A stretch of 64,000 nt of DNA from Octopus vulgaris (taxonomy: Eukaryota), in contig OX597821.1 in the NCBI GenBank assembly GCA_951406725.2, positions 113,212,001 through 113,276,000 on the forward strand, read 5' to 3'. The notes under the pieces were generated by a model. It saw nothing but the letters and a program-made list of their open reading frames with translations, made no database searches and was not told the origin of the DNA. Position 1 is the first letter of the stretch. Every line of letters starts with the position of its first letter. Shown here piece by piece: positions 25,273 to 36,878 of this stretch. Both the position numbers and the translations under genes were made by a program.

Positions 25273-27615
25273 ATCTAAAGCATCCCCTTTACCCATCTAA
25301 AACCAACTATAATACTACTACACCAGTCATTGGGTATGCTGCCTTACTAAATAACCTGATTACCTATATGAGTGACTATGCTGTGTCCTACACCACCAGA
25401 TATTTTAATCACCTCGGCAGTGATTCTTGATGGTCCAGGGGCTTTCCCTGTCTTCCTTTCCTTAATTGCTTTATCCATTATACTGCTGTCAACTCTGATG
25501 GCTGGTCCCTCTGTTGGTTCAGTATTTGAAAATCTCTTCTCCCATGCATTTCCCACATTTAGTAATCTTACTTCTCTGAATCACTAAGTGCAAGCATAAC
25601 ATTATCCATTCACACCCATTTCTCACCCATCATCGTTTAACGTCCGCTTCCCATGCTAGCATGGGTTGGACGATTTTGACTGAGGGCTGGCGAACCAGAT
25701 GGCTGCACCAAGCCCCAATCTTGATCTGGCAGAGTTTCTACAGCTGGATGCTCTTCCTAACGCCAACCACTCCGAGAGTGTAGTATGTGCTTTTTACATG
25801 CCACCAGCACAGGGGCCAGTCAGGCGGTACTGGCAATGACCTCGCTTGAATCTTTTTACACATGCCACCGGCACAGGTGCCAGTGAGGTGACGTTGGTAA
25901 CGATCACGCTCAAATGGTGCCCCTTTACGTGCCACGGGTACAGAAGCCAGTTGGCTGCTTTGGCAACGATCACGTTCAGATAGTGCTCTTGGCACCTTAC
26001 TGGCACGGGCACAAGTGCCAGTAAGGTGACTTCTATTCTCTTTGATATACTACTTTGCGATCCTGAACATCTTACACCTCTGATCCTCATAATGTATAAC
26101 ATTAGCAAATCTCTTACCTTCTGCCATTCTTTTTGCTATGAAAACCTGTGGCTACTTGATAGAATTCTCTGCATCCACTGCCATTTCTCTAGTCTTTCCA
26201 GGCCAGTCTCTTTGCTTTTATAGTGCTGTCCACTTCCTTGTTCCACCATCGTGTCACCCTCAGCCTAGCTGTCACTTTACACCAGCCACAGATTTGGTCT
26301 GTAGCCCTCAATAGATTGTCTCACAGGAACTTTCAGTTATCCTCTCAGTTACATGTCCCAACTCCTCCGCTCTCTCGTCAGAAACTTCCATTAGAACATC
26401 TCTATATTTCTGCCAGTTTGCTGGGTCTTTGAGCTTCCATAATCTTTTCCAGAAGGGTTTATTTCGCTGAATCTTTCTTGTTTTAATTCTGAAGTCAGTA
26501 ACTAGTGACCTCCGTTGGGTTGTACATTCTTTACCTGAGAAAGGCTTTGCATTTGTATCTGCAATGTATATATTTGTTGATTAACAAGGCAACCAACGGT
26601 TTCATGCGATAAGATCTTCACAATTGTTGAAGCATACCACATGGAAGTGTTGGTACTCATTTCCATCTCTTTTCAATGTTCGCATAAGTCAAATAGAATT
26701 TGTTGAGGAATCAAAATTTTCTATGGTCAGACGTCTTTCCTGTTACCAATTCTCACCTGTTTCCAAGCAAGGAAATATTTCTCCATGGCTAAAAATGTTT
26801 TCCACAAAAGACTGGAAATGAACAGCATCACATGTATGATAATAAAGCTTGCTTACAATCATTATGTAATATCAAAACAGGTGTACACACATGCACACAC
26901 ACACACATGCACACACACACACACACACGTGCAGCAGGTGTCTTTCAGTTTCCATCAACCAAATTGACTCACAAGACTTTGGCTGACCCAGGGCCATAGT
27001 AGTGGGACTGAATCTGAGACCACATGGTTAAGAAGCAAGCTTCTTAACCACAGAACCACTATATCTTCTATTGGCAAACACCTTGGCACATTTAGAATCA
27101 GTTTTGCTTTTGTAAAAAAAACAGAGAGAAAATCACATTTAGTGAAAGCAGAATTTTAAATGAAATAAATTGAAATGATTGTTTTTTTTTTTTATTAACT
27201 TGATTTTTGAATTTGATTACAAACAATTCAAATTCTTATAAATGTTTGAAATCCAAACAGTTTATGATAATCTTGGTTTTCAGCTATAGCTGCTACAAAA
27301 CACTTAAGACAGTTTTATATCCCCCAACTTAAACCTTAATCTTCTTTGAAGTGATTTGTCAAATCCATCTTAGAGAAATGAGGTTGCAGCAAGATAAATA
27401 AAAACAAATTCTATTGTAAATAAAACTGTAAAACAAAAAAAAAAAACTGTAACTGAAAGTGATTGGTATGTCACTAATGAACTGACTCAACAAAACCAAA
27501 TTAAATGACCAATATCAATGAAACAAACAAAAATGAATTCTATATATAAAAAAATAACCATTTTGTCCTTCAACTTCAATGTACATCAATACTATAAGAT
27601 GTGATATCTATAAGG

Positions 27616-27653
<38 letters not shown>

Positions 27654-28084
27654 ATAATTATTTGAGGGAATATTATTCCTAACTTACAGGGAAAAATTCA
27701 ATTTAGAAATACTAAATCAAATTTCACAAAATATAATATAATATATATATATAAAAATTAGAAAAACTACCTTTTTATCAATTCAAAATGAACAATTAAA
27801 TTACACCATCTAGAAAATTACATATAATAGAAATATTAAAATTAAAATAATAATATACCAATGTTTAAGTAAATTGCAAAATAATAATAAAAACGTAAAA
27901 TAATAAAAACGTATATATGTTTTTATTATTATTTTGCAATTTACTTAATCATCGATATATTAGTTATTTTAATTTTGATATTTCTATTATATGTAATTTT
28001 CTAGATGGTGTAATTTAATTGTTCATTTTGAATTGATAAAAAGGTGTTTTTTCTAATTTATATTTATATATATATACATACATA

Positions 28085-28290
28085 CAGGGTGGCCCAAAAG
28101 CAGGTTTACAGTTATTCAACTATTTCTTTTTCATTCATATATTAACATCTTAATTATAAAAAAAAATATGAAACCATTATTCTATACTAATTTAGTTAAT
28201 TGTAATATAGAAATTTAAAATGTAATAAAATGTTTTAAAAGAAATTTCAAGTGCCTATGTGATGACTAAACTTACTTTTGGGCCACCTTG
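28085..28290. mobile_element. Tc1/mariner-like MITE
   Basis: TA|CAGGGTGGCCCAAAAG..CTTTTGGGCCACCTTG|TA; related piece at 3580-3722. Confidence 0.7.
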
Positions 28291-29153
28291 TATGTATCTG
28301 TGTGTGTATAAATATATATGTCAATTTAATACACACCTGAAAGAGCAAACAATAGTTTCACACTTTTACAATACTTTAAACAGACCTATTTTAAAAATAC
28401 ATGACATGAAACTACTGGTAGCTCTTTTGGTTGTGTATTTAAACTGATACTTATCTCTCACTTGGAGAACTTTAAACTATGTGTACACGTGTGTGAGTGT
28501 ATATTTACATATATATGTATATAGCAAAACTTCAGTTTACAAGCACCTGTCATCATTAACAAATTGGCTTACCAACTATTTTCAAACACAAAATGTCTCG
28601 GTTGGCAAATGGTGTCTCAAATAATGACCAAGCAAAATGGCAACATAGGTTGATGAAAAGCTGGGAGAATCAGTAGGGGAGTGTCATTTACTGTTTGGCT
28701 CACACTCAGGGCACACCCCTGCTCAAATTTGCATGCCTTGTCTTGAATTTTCTAAGGGAAAAATAGTTTTGCTTTGAAAACATTTTGGGTGACATATGGC
28801 ACTCAGGAATGAATTAAATTCATAAAACAAGGTTCCACTGCGTATGTGAAAATATATATATATATGTTAAGACATATACATCTTAATGCCAGTCTCTAGT
28901 AGAATTAAGATGAATCTGTTACCAGAGAGAACCAAACAACAAGGAACAGATTTCTAGATCCCTTGTTTAAAAATAATCCAATATTGATTCAGTCACTCAG
29001 TGATAAATGGTTTCAGATTTCCTTTCAAGTTTCTGAAAGTGGAATGTTTTCAGGGAATGATTTGGAGAAAAATGAGTATTGAGAAAATACTTTCAGCTTC
29101 ACCGAACTCTGGATGGAATTTCAGAAAAAGATACTTTTTTTTTTCTTTTTCAA

Positions 29154-29261
29154 TCAAAAGAAATAATAATGTCTTGGTGGAGGTGTAATTTCTGGTTCAT
29201 GAGTAAATGCCTCGTATATATTTGCAGCCAAATCGGTCATTTTGTTCATCATTAATAATTT
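29154..29261 (-). CDS. PEX3: PEX3 exon 13 (KLLMMNKMTDLAANIYEAF...HYYFF*)
   Basis: ttcag acceptor, TGA at 29156-29154. Confidence 0.92.
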   Translation of the reverse strand, partial: KLLMMNKMTDLAANIYEAFTHEPEITPPPRHYYFF

Positions 29262-29593
29262 CTGAAATGCAAAAAAAGAGGCAAAGGTTAGGAATATTAA
29301 GTAGAAACTGAAAGGAATTTTTTCATTTGTTGCTTTTACTGTGTGAATAGATGCATTGTCCTATGAAGGGGCATTGTCCTGTGAAGGGTCATGGCTCAGT
29401 GGTTAGGCTACTTGGCTCAGGATCGTAAGTTCAATTCTTGGTGGTGTGGTGTGTTGTGTCCTTAAGCAAGACACTTTATTTCCCCTTGTCCCAATTCACT
29501 CAGCTGGCAAAAATGAGTCGTACCTGTATTTCTAAAGGCCACCCTTGTCACATTCTGTGTCACACTGAATCTCCCTGAGAACTGCGTTAAGGG

Positions 29594-29635
<42 letters not shown>

Positions 29636-30769
29636 GTGCTCAGCCACTTGCACTTTAATTTCATGTGTACGCTGTTCCGTTGATTTGATCAACTGGAATA
29701 CTTGTCATCATAACTGACAGAGTCCCAGTATCAGATGTGGTGTTCTTGTGCAGAATCTACATTTCTCTGTAAAGAATTTATTGCTCAAAATCCTATATAT
29801 TCATAATCCAGCAATAATCTTCAAATTGAATTACCACTGTCCTCATTGGTAAAACATATACGGCAGTAGGTAATAAAGCAGGTAAACCATAGTTTAATAT
29901 AGATGAGAAGAAAATGGAGGAAAAATAATAAACAAAAGCCTGTCTTTTGCGCTAGTAAGCCAATACTTAATTAGTAAATAAAGGTGTAATTAAATAATGG
30001 CTTACTAGTGCAAAAGACACTTCTGATTGTTATTTTTCATCCATTTTCTTCTTGTCTATATACACACACATTTGTGTTCTACTGGCATGTGTGTGTGTGC
30101 TACCACCCACAACTAATTGTCGACCAATGTTGGTTTGTTTACATCCTTGTACACACACATTTGTGTTCTACTGGCATGTGTGTGTGTGCTACCACCCACA
30201 ACTAATTGTCGACCAATGTTGGTTTGTTTACATCCTTGTAATTTAGTGATTTGGCCAAAAGGACGAATGGTATAAATGCCAAATTTTAAAAAAACAAAAA
30301 AAAACTCACAAATACTGGGGCTGATTTGTTTGGCTAAAATCCTACTTCAGGGTGGTGGTGCCCCAGCATCAGTGCTCTCCAATGATTGAAACAAATAAAA
30401 CTTAAAAAAAAAAGGGGGAAAATATAAACGGAACGCTACCTGAAAAAACCTGTTTGGTGTGTTTGAACATAAATGGTAAACTTGTTTGTTGATAATTGGG
30501 ATGAACTTCGCCATTGGTATTTCTACTTCACTGAAATGAGAAGAGGAAAGACAGAAAAATGAAGAAGTGGAGTGAAACATGTAAAGATATCTGACATATC
30601 CATTCATAGGCACAGGAGTGGCTGTGTGTTAAGTAGCTTGCTTACCAACCACATGGTTCCAGGTTCGGTCCCACTATGTGGCATCTTGGGCAAGTGTCTT
30701 CTACAATAGCCTCGGGCCGACCAAAGCCTTGTGAGTGGATTTGATAGAAGAAACTGAAAGAAGCCCACC

Positions 30770-30825
<56 letters not shown>

Positions 30826-32776
30826 ATGTGTGTGTTTGTCCTCCTAGCATTGAAAACCGATGCTGGTGTGTTTATTTCCCCGTCAGTGGTTCAGCAAAAG
30901 AGACCGATAGAATAAGTACTAGGCTTACAAAGAATAAGTCCCAGGGTCAATTTGCTCGACTAAAGGCGGTGCTCCAGCATGGCTGCAGTCAAACGACTGA
31001 AACAAGTAAGTAAAGTAAAGTAAATAAAGAGGTGTGAGGGAAAATTTGCTCTACTAAAGAAAGACATCTCTTCCTGTCCGTCTATCATGCTTTTATTTCT
31101 CAACACCTACCACAAAGACACCTTTCTCAAAATCATACCCATCTCGTTTGAGGGGTCTTTTGAATCTGATGGTAATCTCATTGGTTAGTTTAAAGTGCAT
31201 GGCTTAGTGGTTAGAGCAGTTGGCTAATGATTGTAACTTAACAGTTCAGCAAAAGAGACCAATAACCACATGGCCTAGTGGTTAGAGCAGCAGACTCACG
31301 GTTGAGAGATTGTGGGTTCGAATCTCAGACCGGGCGATGTGTGTATTTATGAGCCTTTTGATAAAGGAAATGGAATCAGATAAGATGTTATTTAGCCCCG
31401 GGTCTGCCTTATCAAGGGTTTCCAGCTGTGACTATTTTAGTTGTGGTGCACCTGAGAACTGTATACATTAATTTCATTATTATATATATATAGAATAAGT
31501 ACAAGATTTAAAATATATTTAGTGGGGTTTTGTTTAACTAAAATTCTTCAAGGCAGTGTGCCCCAGCATGGCTGCAGTCTTATGGTTGAAACAAGTAAAA
31601 AAAAAAAAATAAAGATTCATTTGATGTCCATCTTCCATTCTGAGGTGGGTTGGATGGTTTGAAGGGCCCTTACGAGCTGCAGAGCAACATCAGACCTAAT
31701 GTCAGCTTTGGCAGGGTTTCTATGTCTAGATGTTCTTCCTAATGCCAACCACTTTATAGTTAGTGTATACCTAGTGGTTTTTCAGGGGGTTTTGTGCCAC
31801 CAGCACTAGTGAGGTTGCCTCGTCACTTGCAAGAGGAAATAATGATGAAATAAAATTGACAGGACAGGAAATAGGCCATGGTGAGGGGCAAATATTTATT
31901 TCCTAGTCCAATGGTCTCAACTGTTTAAAGCAGTTGAGACCATTGAGCAGTTAAAGCAGTGCTTCACAACCAGTATGCCATGGGATGATGCTAGGTGTGT
32001 TGCTGTGTAACCTGAATAGAAGTTTTTCCCTATACTTTTAGTTATGATTTTAGTTCAGTTTTGAAAAGAATATAAGTGTACCATCATCATCATCGTCTGC
32101 TTTCCATGCTGGTATTGGTTGGACGGTTCGACTGGGATCAGGGAAGCTAGGAGGCTGCACCAAAACCCAATCTGATCAAGCAGCGTTTCTATAGGTGGAT
32201 GCCCTTCCTAACGCCAACCACTCCAAGAGTGTAGTGGGTGCTTTTTAGGTGCCACTGGTACAGGGGCCAGAGGAGCTGGTATCGGCCACGTTCGGATGGT
32301 GCTTTTTACAACTACAATTTCCATTAGATTTGATTTTGATATTGCTGTTGATGTTGATGTACTCGACTCAGTGGGTCTCCTCAAACACAGCATGTTGCCC
32401 TATGATCCAAGGTACTTTTGAGTGGGCTGGTTATGTGACACTGGTGTAGGTTACTGCTGTGGACTCATTTTATTTGCCAGGTCTTCTCAGTCACAGCATA
32501 CCTCCAGAGGACTCGGTCTTTGAGGAGAACTGGTTCAAAGGAGAAAACAGGGCAAGGGTGAATAAATAGACAAGTTATCTGATTTTTTACTTGTTTTAGT
32601 CATTAGACTATAGCCATGCTGGAGCACTGCTTTGAATTTTTTATCAAATGAATCAACCCCTGTACTTTTTTTTTAAAGCCTGATACCTTTTCTATCAGTC
32701 TCTTTTGCCAAAAGCTAAGTTACGGGGACATAAACAAACCAACACCAGTTGTCAAGCAGTGGTGGCAGACAAACAC

Positions 32777-32838
<62 letters not shown>

Positions 32839-35800
32839 CAGGCTTCTTTCCGTTTCTGTCTACCAAATCCACTCACAAGACTTTGGATGGTCTGAAGCTA
32901 GAGTAGAAGACACCTGCCCAAGGTGCCACACAGTAGGACTGGACCAGGAACCATATGGTTGGAAGCAAGCTTCTTACCACACAGCCATATCTTATAAGGT
33001 TCATGAATTTTATTTTGGAAAAACTTACCTCAGATTTGCTCGACTCGGTGGGTGTGCTGTGTAAGGAACGGAGAAATTCTCTGAGAGTTTTTCATTCAAA
33101 TGCATAAAACCCAAATCAAAGCAAAAGAAAAGCACAGTGTGAAAATCATCGCTGGAACAAAAGAGAGAAATTTGTTAAGGTTTTTGCAAGGAAGAAGATA
33201 ATATAATAAAGAAAATTTATATATCATCATCGTTTAATGTCCGTTTTCCATGCTGGCATAGGTTGGATGGTTTGACTGAGGACTGGCAAACCAGGAGGCT
33301 GCACCAGGTTCCAGTCTGATCACAAAAGGTTCCTACAGCTAAATGCCCTTCCTAACGCCAACCATTCTGAGAGTGTACTGGGTGCTTTTTATACATGCCA
33401 CTGGTATGGGAGCCAGCCGGAGGCCACTGGCATCAGCCATGTTTGGATGGTGCTTTTTATATGCCACTGGCAACAACTCGCACATAAATGGTGCTTAGTG
33501 CATGCCACCAGCACAGGAGCCAGTCAGGCGGAACTAGCAACGACTCACACATGAATGGTGCTTATTGCATGCCACCAGCACGGGAGCCAGTCAGGCGGCC
33601 CTGGCATTGGCCACATTCGGATGGTGCTTTTTACGCATGTGTGTGTGTGGGGGGCTGGTATCAGCCGTGTTTGGATGGTGCTTTTTATGAGCCTAGTCTT
33701 ATTTAGCATGATTTTCTATGTCTGGATGCCCTTCCTAATAACAACCACTCAGAGTGTAATGGGTACTTTTACGTACCACCGGCACAAGTGCCATTTGTGT
33801 AACACCAGTTTCTGCCATGACTGTGATTTTGCTTGGTTTGATGGATCTTCTTCTCAAGCACAACAATGCCAAAGGTCTCAGTCATTGCTTCTGTGAGGCC
33901 CAACATTCAAAAGGAACTGTGGAACCAACATCAATGAGGTCATCATGTAACTCACAAGACTAAAGAATCCCCTCAATTGAAAGGGAGACAGATGGCCCTT
34001 TCCATGAGGCTTAACATCGTGAGGTTGGTCTTTACTGCTTCATCCTATGTCTTCCTTGGTCTCTCGCTCTCACAGGTTCCGTCCACATCTGGTGACTGGC
34101 ATTTCCTTGAAAGGGAGAACAGTAGAGAGGGAGGTGGTTTTATGCAAGGTTGTGAGTGGGTAATGTATGTGGCACGTAAGAAGCACCTTTCGGGCATTGG
34201 GCCTCATGGAGCCAAAATGGCTGATGCCAACGGCACGTGAAAAGCTCCTTTCATTTGTTGTGTATACACACTGACACCAGAACGCTCCTCTAAATGTGCA
34301 ACATCAAAGTGTAAATGTGTTGAGAGAAAAATTGGGCATAAGAGGCATCAGATGTAGAGTGTAATGGATGCTTTTATGTGCCACGGGCACAGGTGCCATT
34401 TGTATGACACTGGTATCTGCCACAACAGATACCAGTGTCATACAAATGGCACCTGTGCCCGTGGCACATAAAAGCATCCATTACACACTAGGAGCGGTTG
34501 GTGTTAGGAAGGGCATCCAGCTGTAGAAACCATGCCAAATCAGACTAGGGTCTGGTACAGTGTTCCAGCTTACCAGCCCTGGTCAAACCATCCAACCCAT
34601 GCCAGCATGGACAAGATACTGATGATGATGATGATGAAGGGGTAGAAACAGGGGCTACATGACTACTTTGTGTTGTATAAGAGTGGGTTGGAATAACTGG
34701 GGTGGAGGTGGTAAGAGAGATAATGATGGTGGTGAGGAGGTATTGGAGCATAAGTCCGAGGTATAAGGACATGAATGGAAGAGAGAGCGGAATCAGAAGA
34801 TTTGTAAAGGTGAGTAAAGGGTGCAGGGAGGGCGTGAGAGAAGACTAGAAATAGGAATTGGGGTAAATGTAAGGAAGAGGGGGAAGGTGGTCAACAGTAA
34901 AGATAAGTGGTGGTGGGGGGTGAAAAGGTGGAGGGGTGGATGTCCACATGAGAAATCTTTGTTACCTCTCGACAATATCTCTAATTTCAGATAACATTTT
35001 GTTGAAAAGAATGTCCTCACTGGATCTGGAACTGAGAACCTGCAAAGAATATAGAAAACAAAGAAATAATAAAGAAAATATTTAAGCAATCAAACAGGTT
35101 AATTGGGGAATTGAAACAGCAGAGAAACAGGCATTCTGTCTCCACTAATTAATGGATGGATTGAAGGATGTTGTTGAAAAGTAGAACTGCTTCTGCCACA
35201 GTTAGTTGTTTCTTTGATAGTGGCATGGTTGTGTGGTTACGAAGTTTGCTGCCCAACCTTGTGGTTTTGAGTTCAGGATCACTACGTGGTGCCCTGGGTT
35301 AGCACCTTCTATGACCAAAACCGTATGAATGGATTTGGTAGACAGACAGAAATTGAAAGTAGACTGTTATAAGTGTGTATGAGTACCATTTCCATTTGCA
35401 CTTTTTTGTGTATACACACTGACACCAGAACGCTCCTCTGAATGTGCAACATCAAAGTGTAAATGTGTTGAGAGAAAAATTGGGCATAAGAGGCATCAGA
35501 TGTAGAGTGTAAGACTGTGCTGGTACAAGTCGTGTAATGCATACGGACAAGGACAGCTACATAAGGAAATGCCAGTTACCAGATGTGGATGGAACCTGTG
35601 AGAGCGAGAGACCAAGGAAGACATAGGATGAAGCAGTAAAGACCAACCTCATGATGTTAAGCCTCATGGATGAGATGTTTGGTGATTCAGTATGTTTGAG
35701 AAGGTCCATCTGTCTCACGTCTGTACCCCTGCTTTTAATTTGTCCCTGTCAATTTATTTCCATCTCTTATCTTCCTAACATCCATCCCTCCACCTTCTTG

Positions 35801-36841
35801 AGCCATGCCAGGCTCATAAGGGGCCAGTTTCCCAGTTTCCATGTTGTATATATTCACCACCTGGATGGGACGCCGGTCCGTCACAGGATTAACTCACTTT
35901 TGCCAGCTGGGTGGACTGGAGCAAATTGAAATGAAGTGTTTTGTTCAAGAACACAATGCATCACCCGCTCCAGGAATCGAAACTACAATCTTACAATCAC
36001 AAGTCCAACACCCTAACTACTAATCCATATGCCCCCATTCACCATTCTTAACTATGACATTATTTATTCAGCGGTTGTAATTAAATGAGAACAGAACTGC
36101 ACATATTTCATCTTCTTTTGAATAACGAGTTATCCTTCTCCTTAGAACTAAAGAAATGTAGACTGTTTCTACATGAAAGACATCTTATTTCTATGAGGAT
36201 ATGCTGAAAAGTTCCTGGCTTTAAGGGTATCACAAAAGGCCTGGTTGGAAGCCCAAACTTCCAAGTTCTTCTATAGGGCTTAGAAAAACTGAAGAACTGC
36301 AGTAATAAGCGTGCGAATCTGAGCGGGGAATATGTTGAATAAAATCATAACTGATCCTGCTGAATTTTCTACTACCCAAACCCAAAAACTTTTCAGCAAT
36401 CCCTTAATATAAGAAATAAATACAGTCATCCTCATTAAACATGAACATGTCTCTTTTTATTCGGTCTTCTGCTTGCTTCACTCATTGGACTGCAGCCATG
36501 CTGGGGCACAGCCTGAGAAGGTTTAGTTGAACAAATCTCTTCTAGTACTTATTTTTAAGCCAAGTACTTATTCTATCTGGCTCTTTTGCTAAACTGCTAA
36601 GTTAAAGGAATGTAAACAAACTGACACCAGTTGTCAAGGGTGGATGGGGGTACAAACACAAAGATACACACACACACATACATATATATATAGTTCTTCA
36701 CTCTGTGAAGTGGTTGGCATTAAGAAGGACATCCAGTTATAGAAACCATTCCAAAGCATGACTGGTCATATCAAACCATCCAACCCATGCCAGCATGGAA
36801 AAAGGAACATTAAATGATGATGAGTATATACATATATACAT

Positions 36842-36878
<37 letters not shown>

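Larger units (their letters stand above)
24060..26470 (-). mobile_element. decayed RTE-clade LINE (RT domain) interrupted by a SINE, a MITE and a second SINE
   Basis: DEMQFGFAPGKSTTVAIF, GVHQGSVFSPLLF, WELLYADDL, GKAPGPS motifs. Confidence 0.8.
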
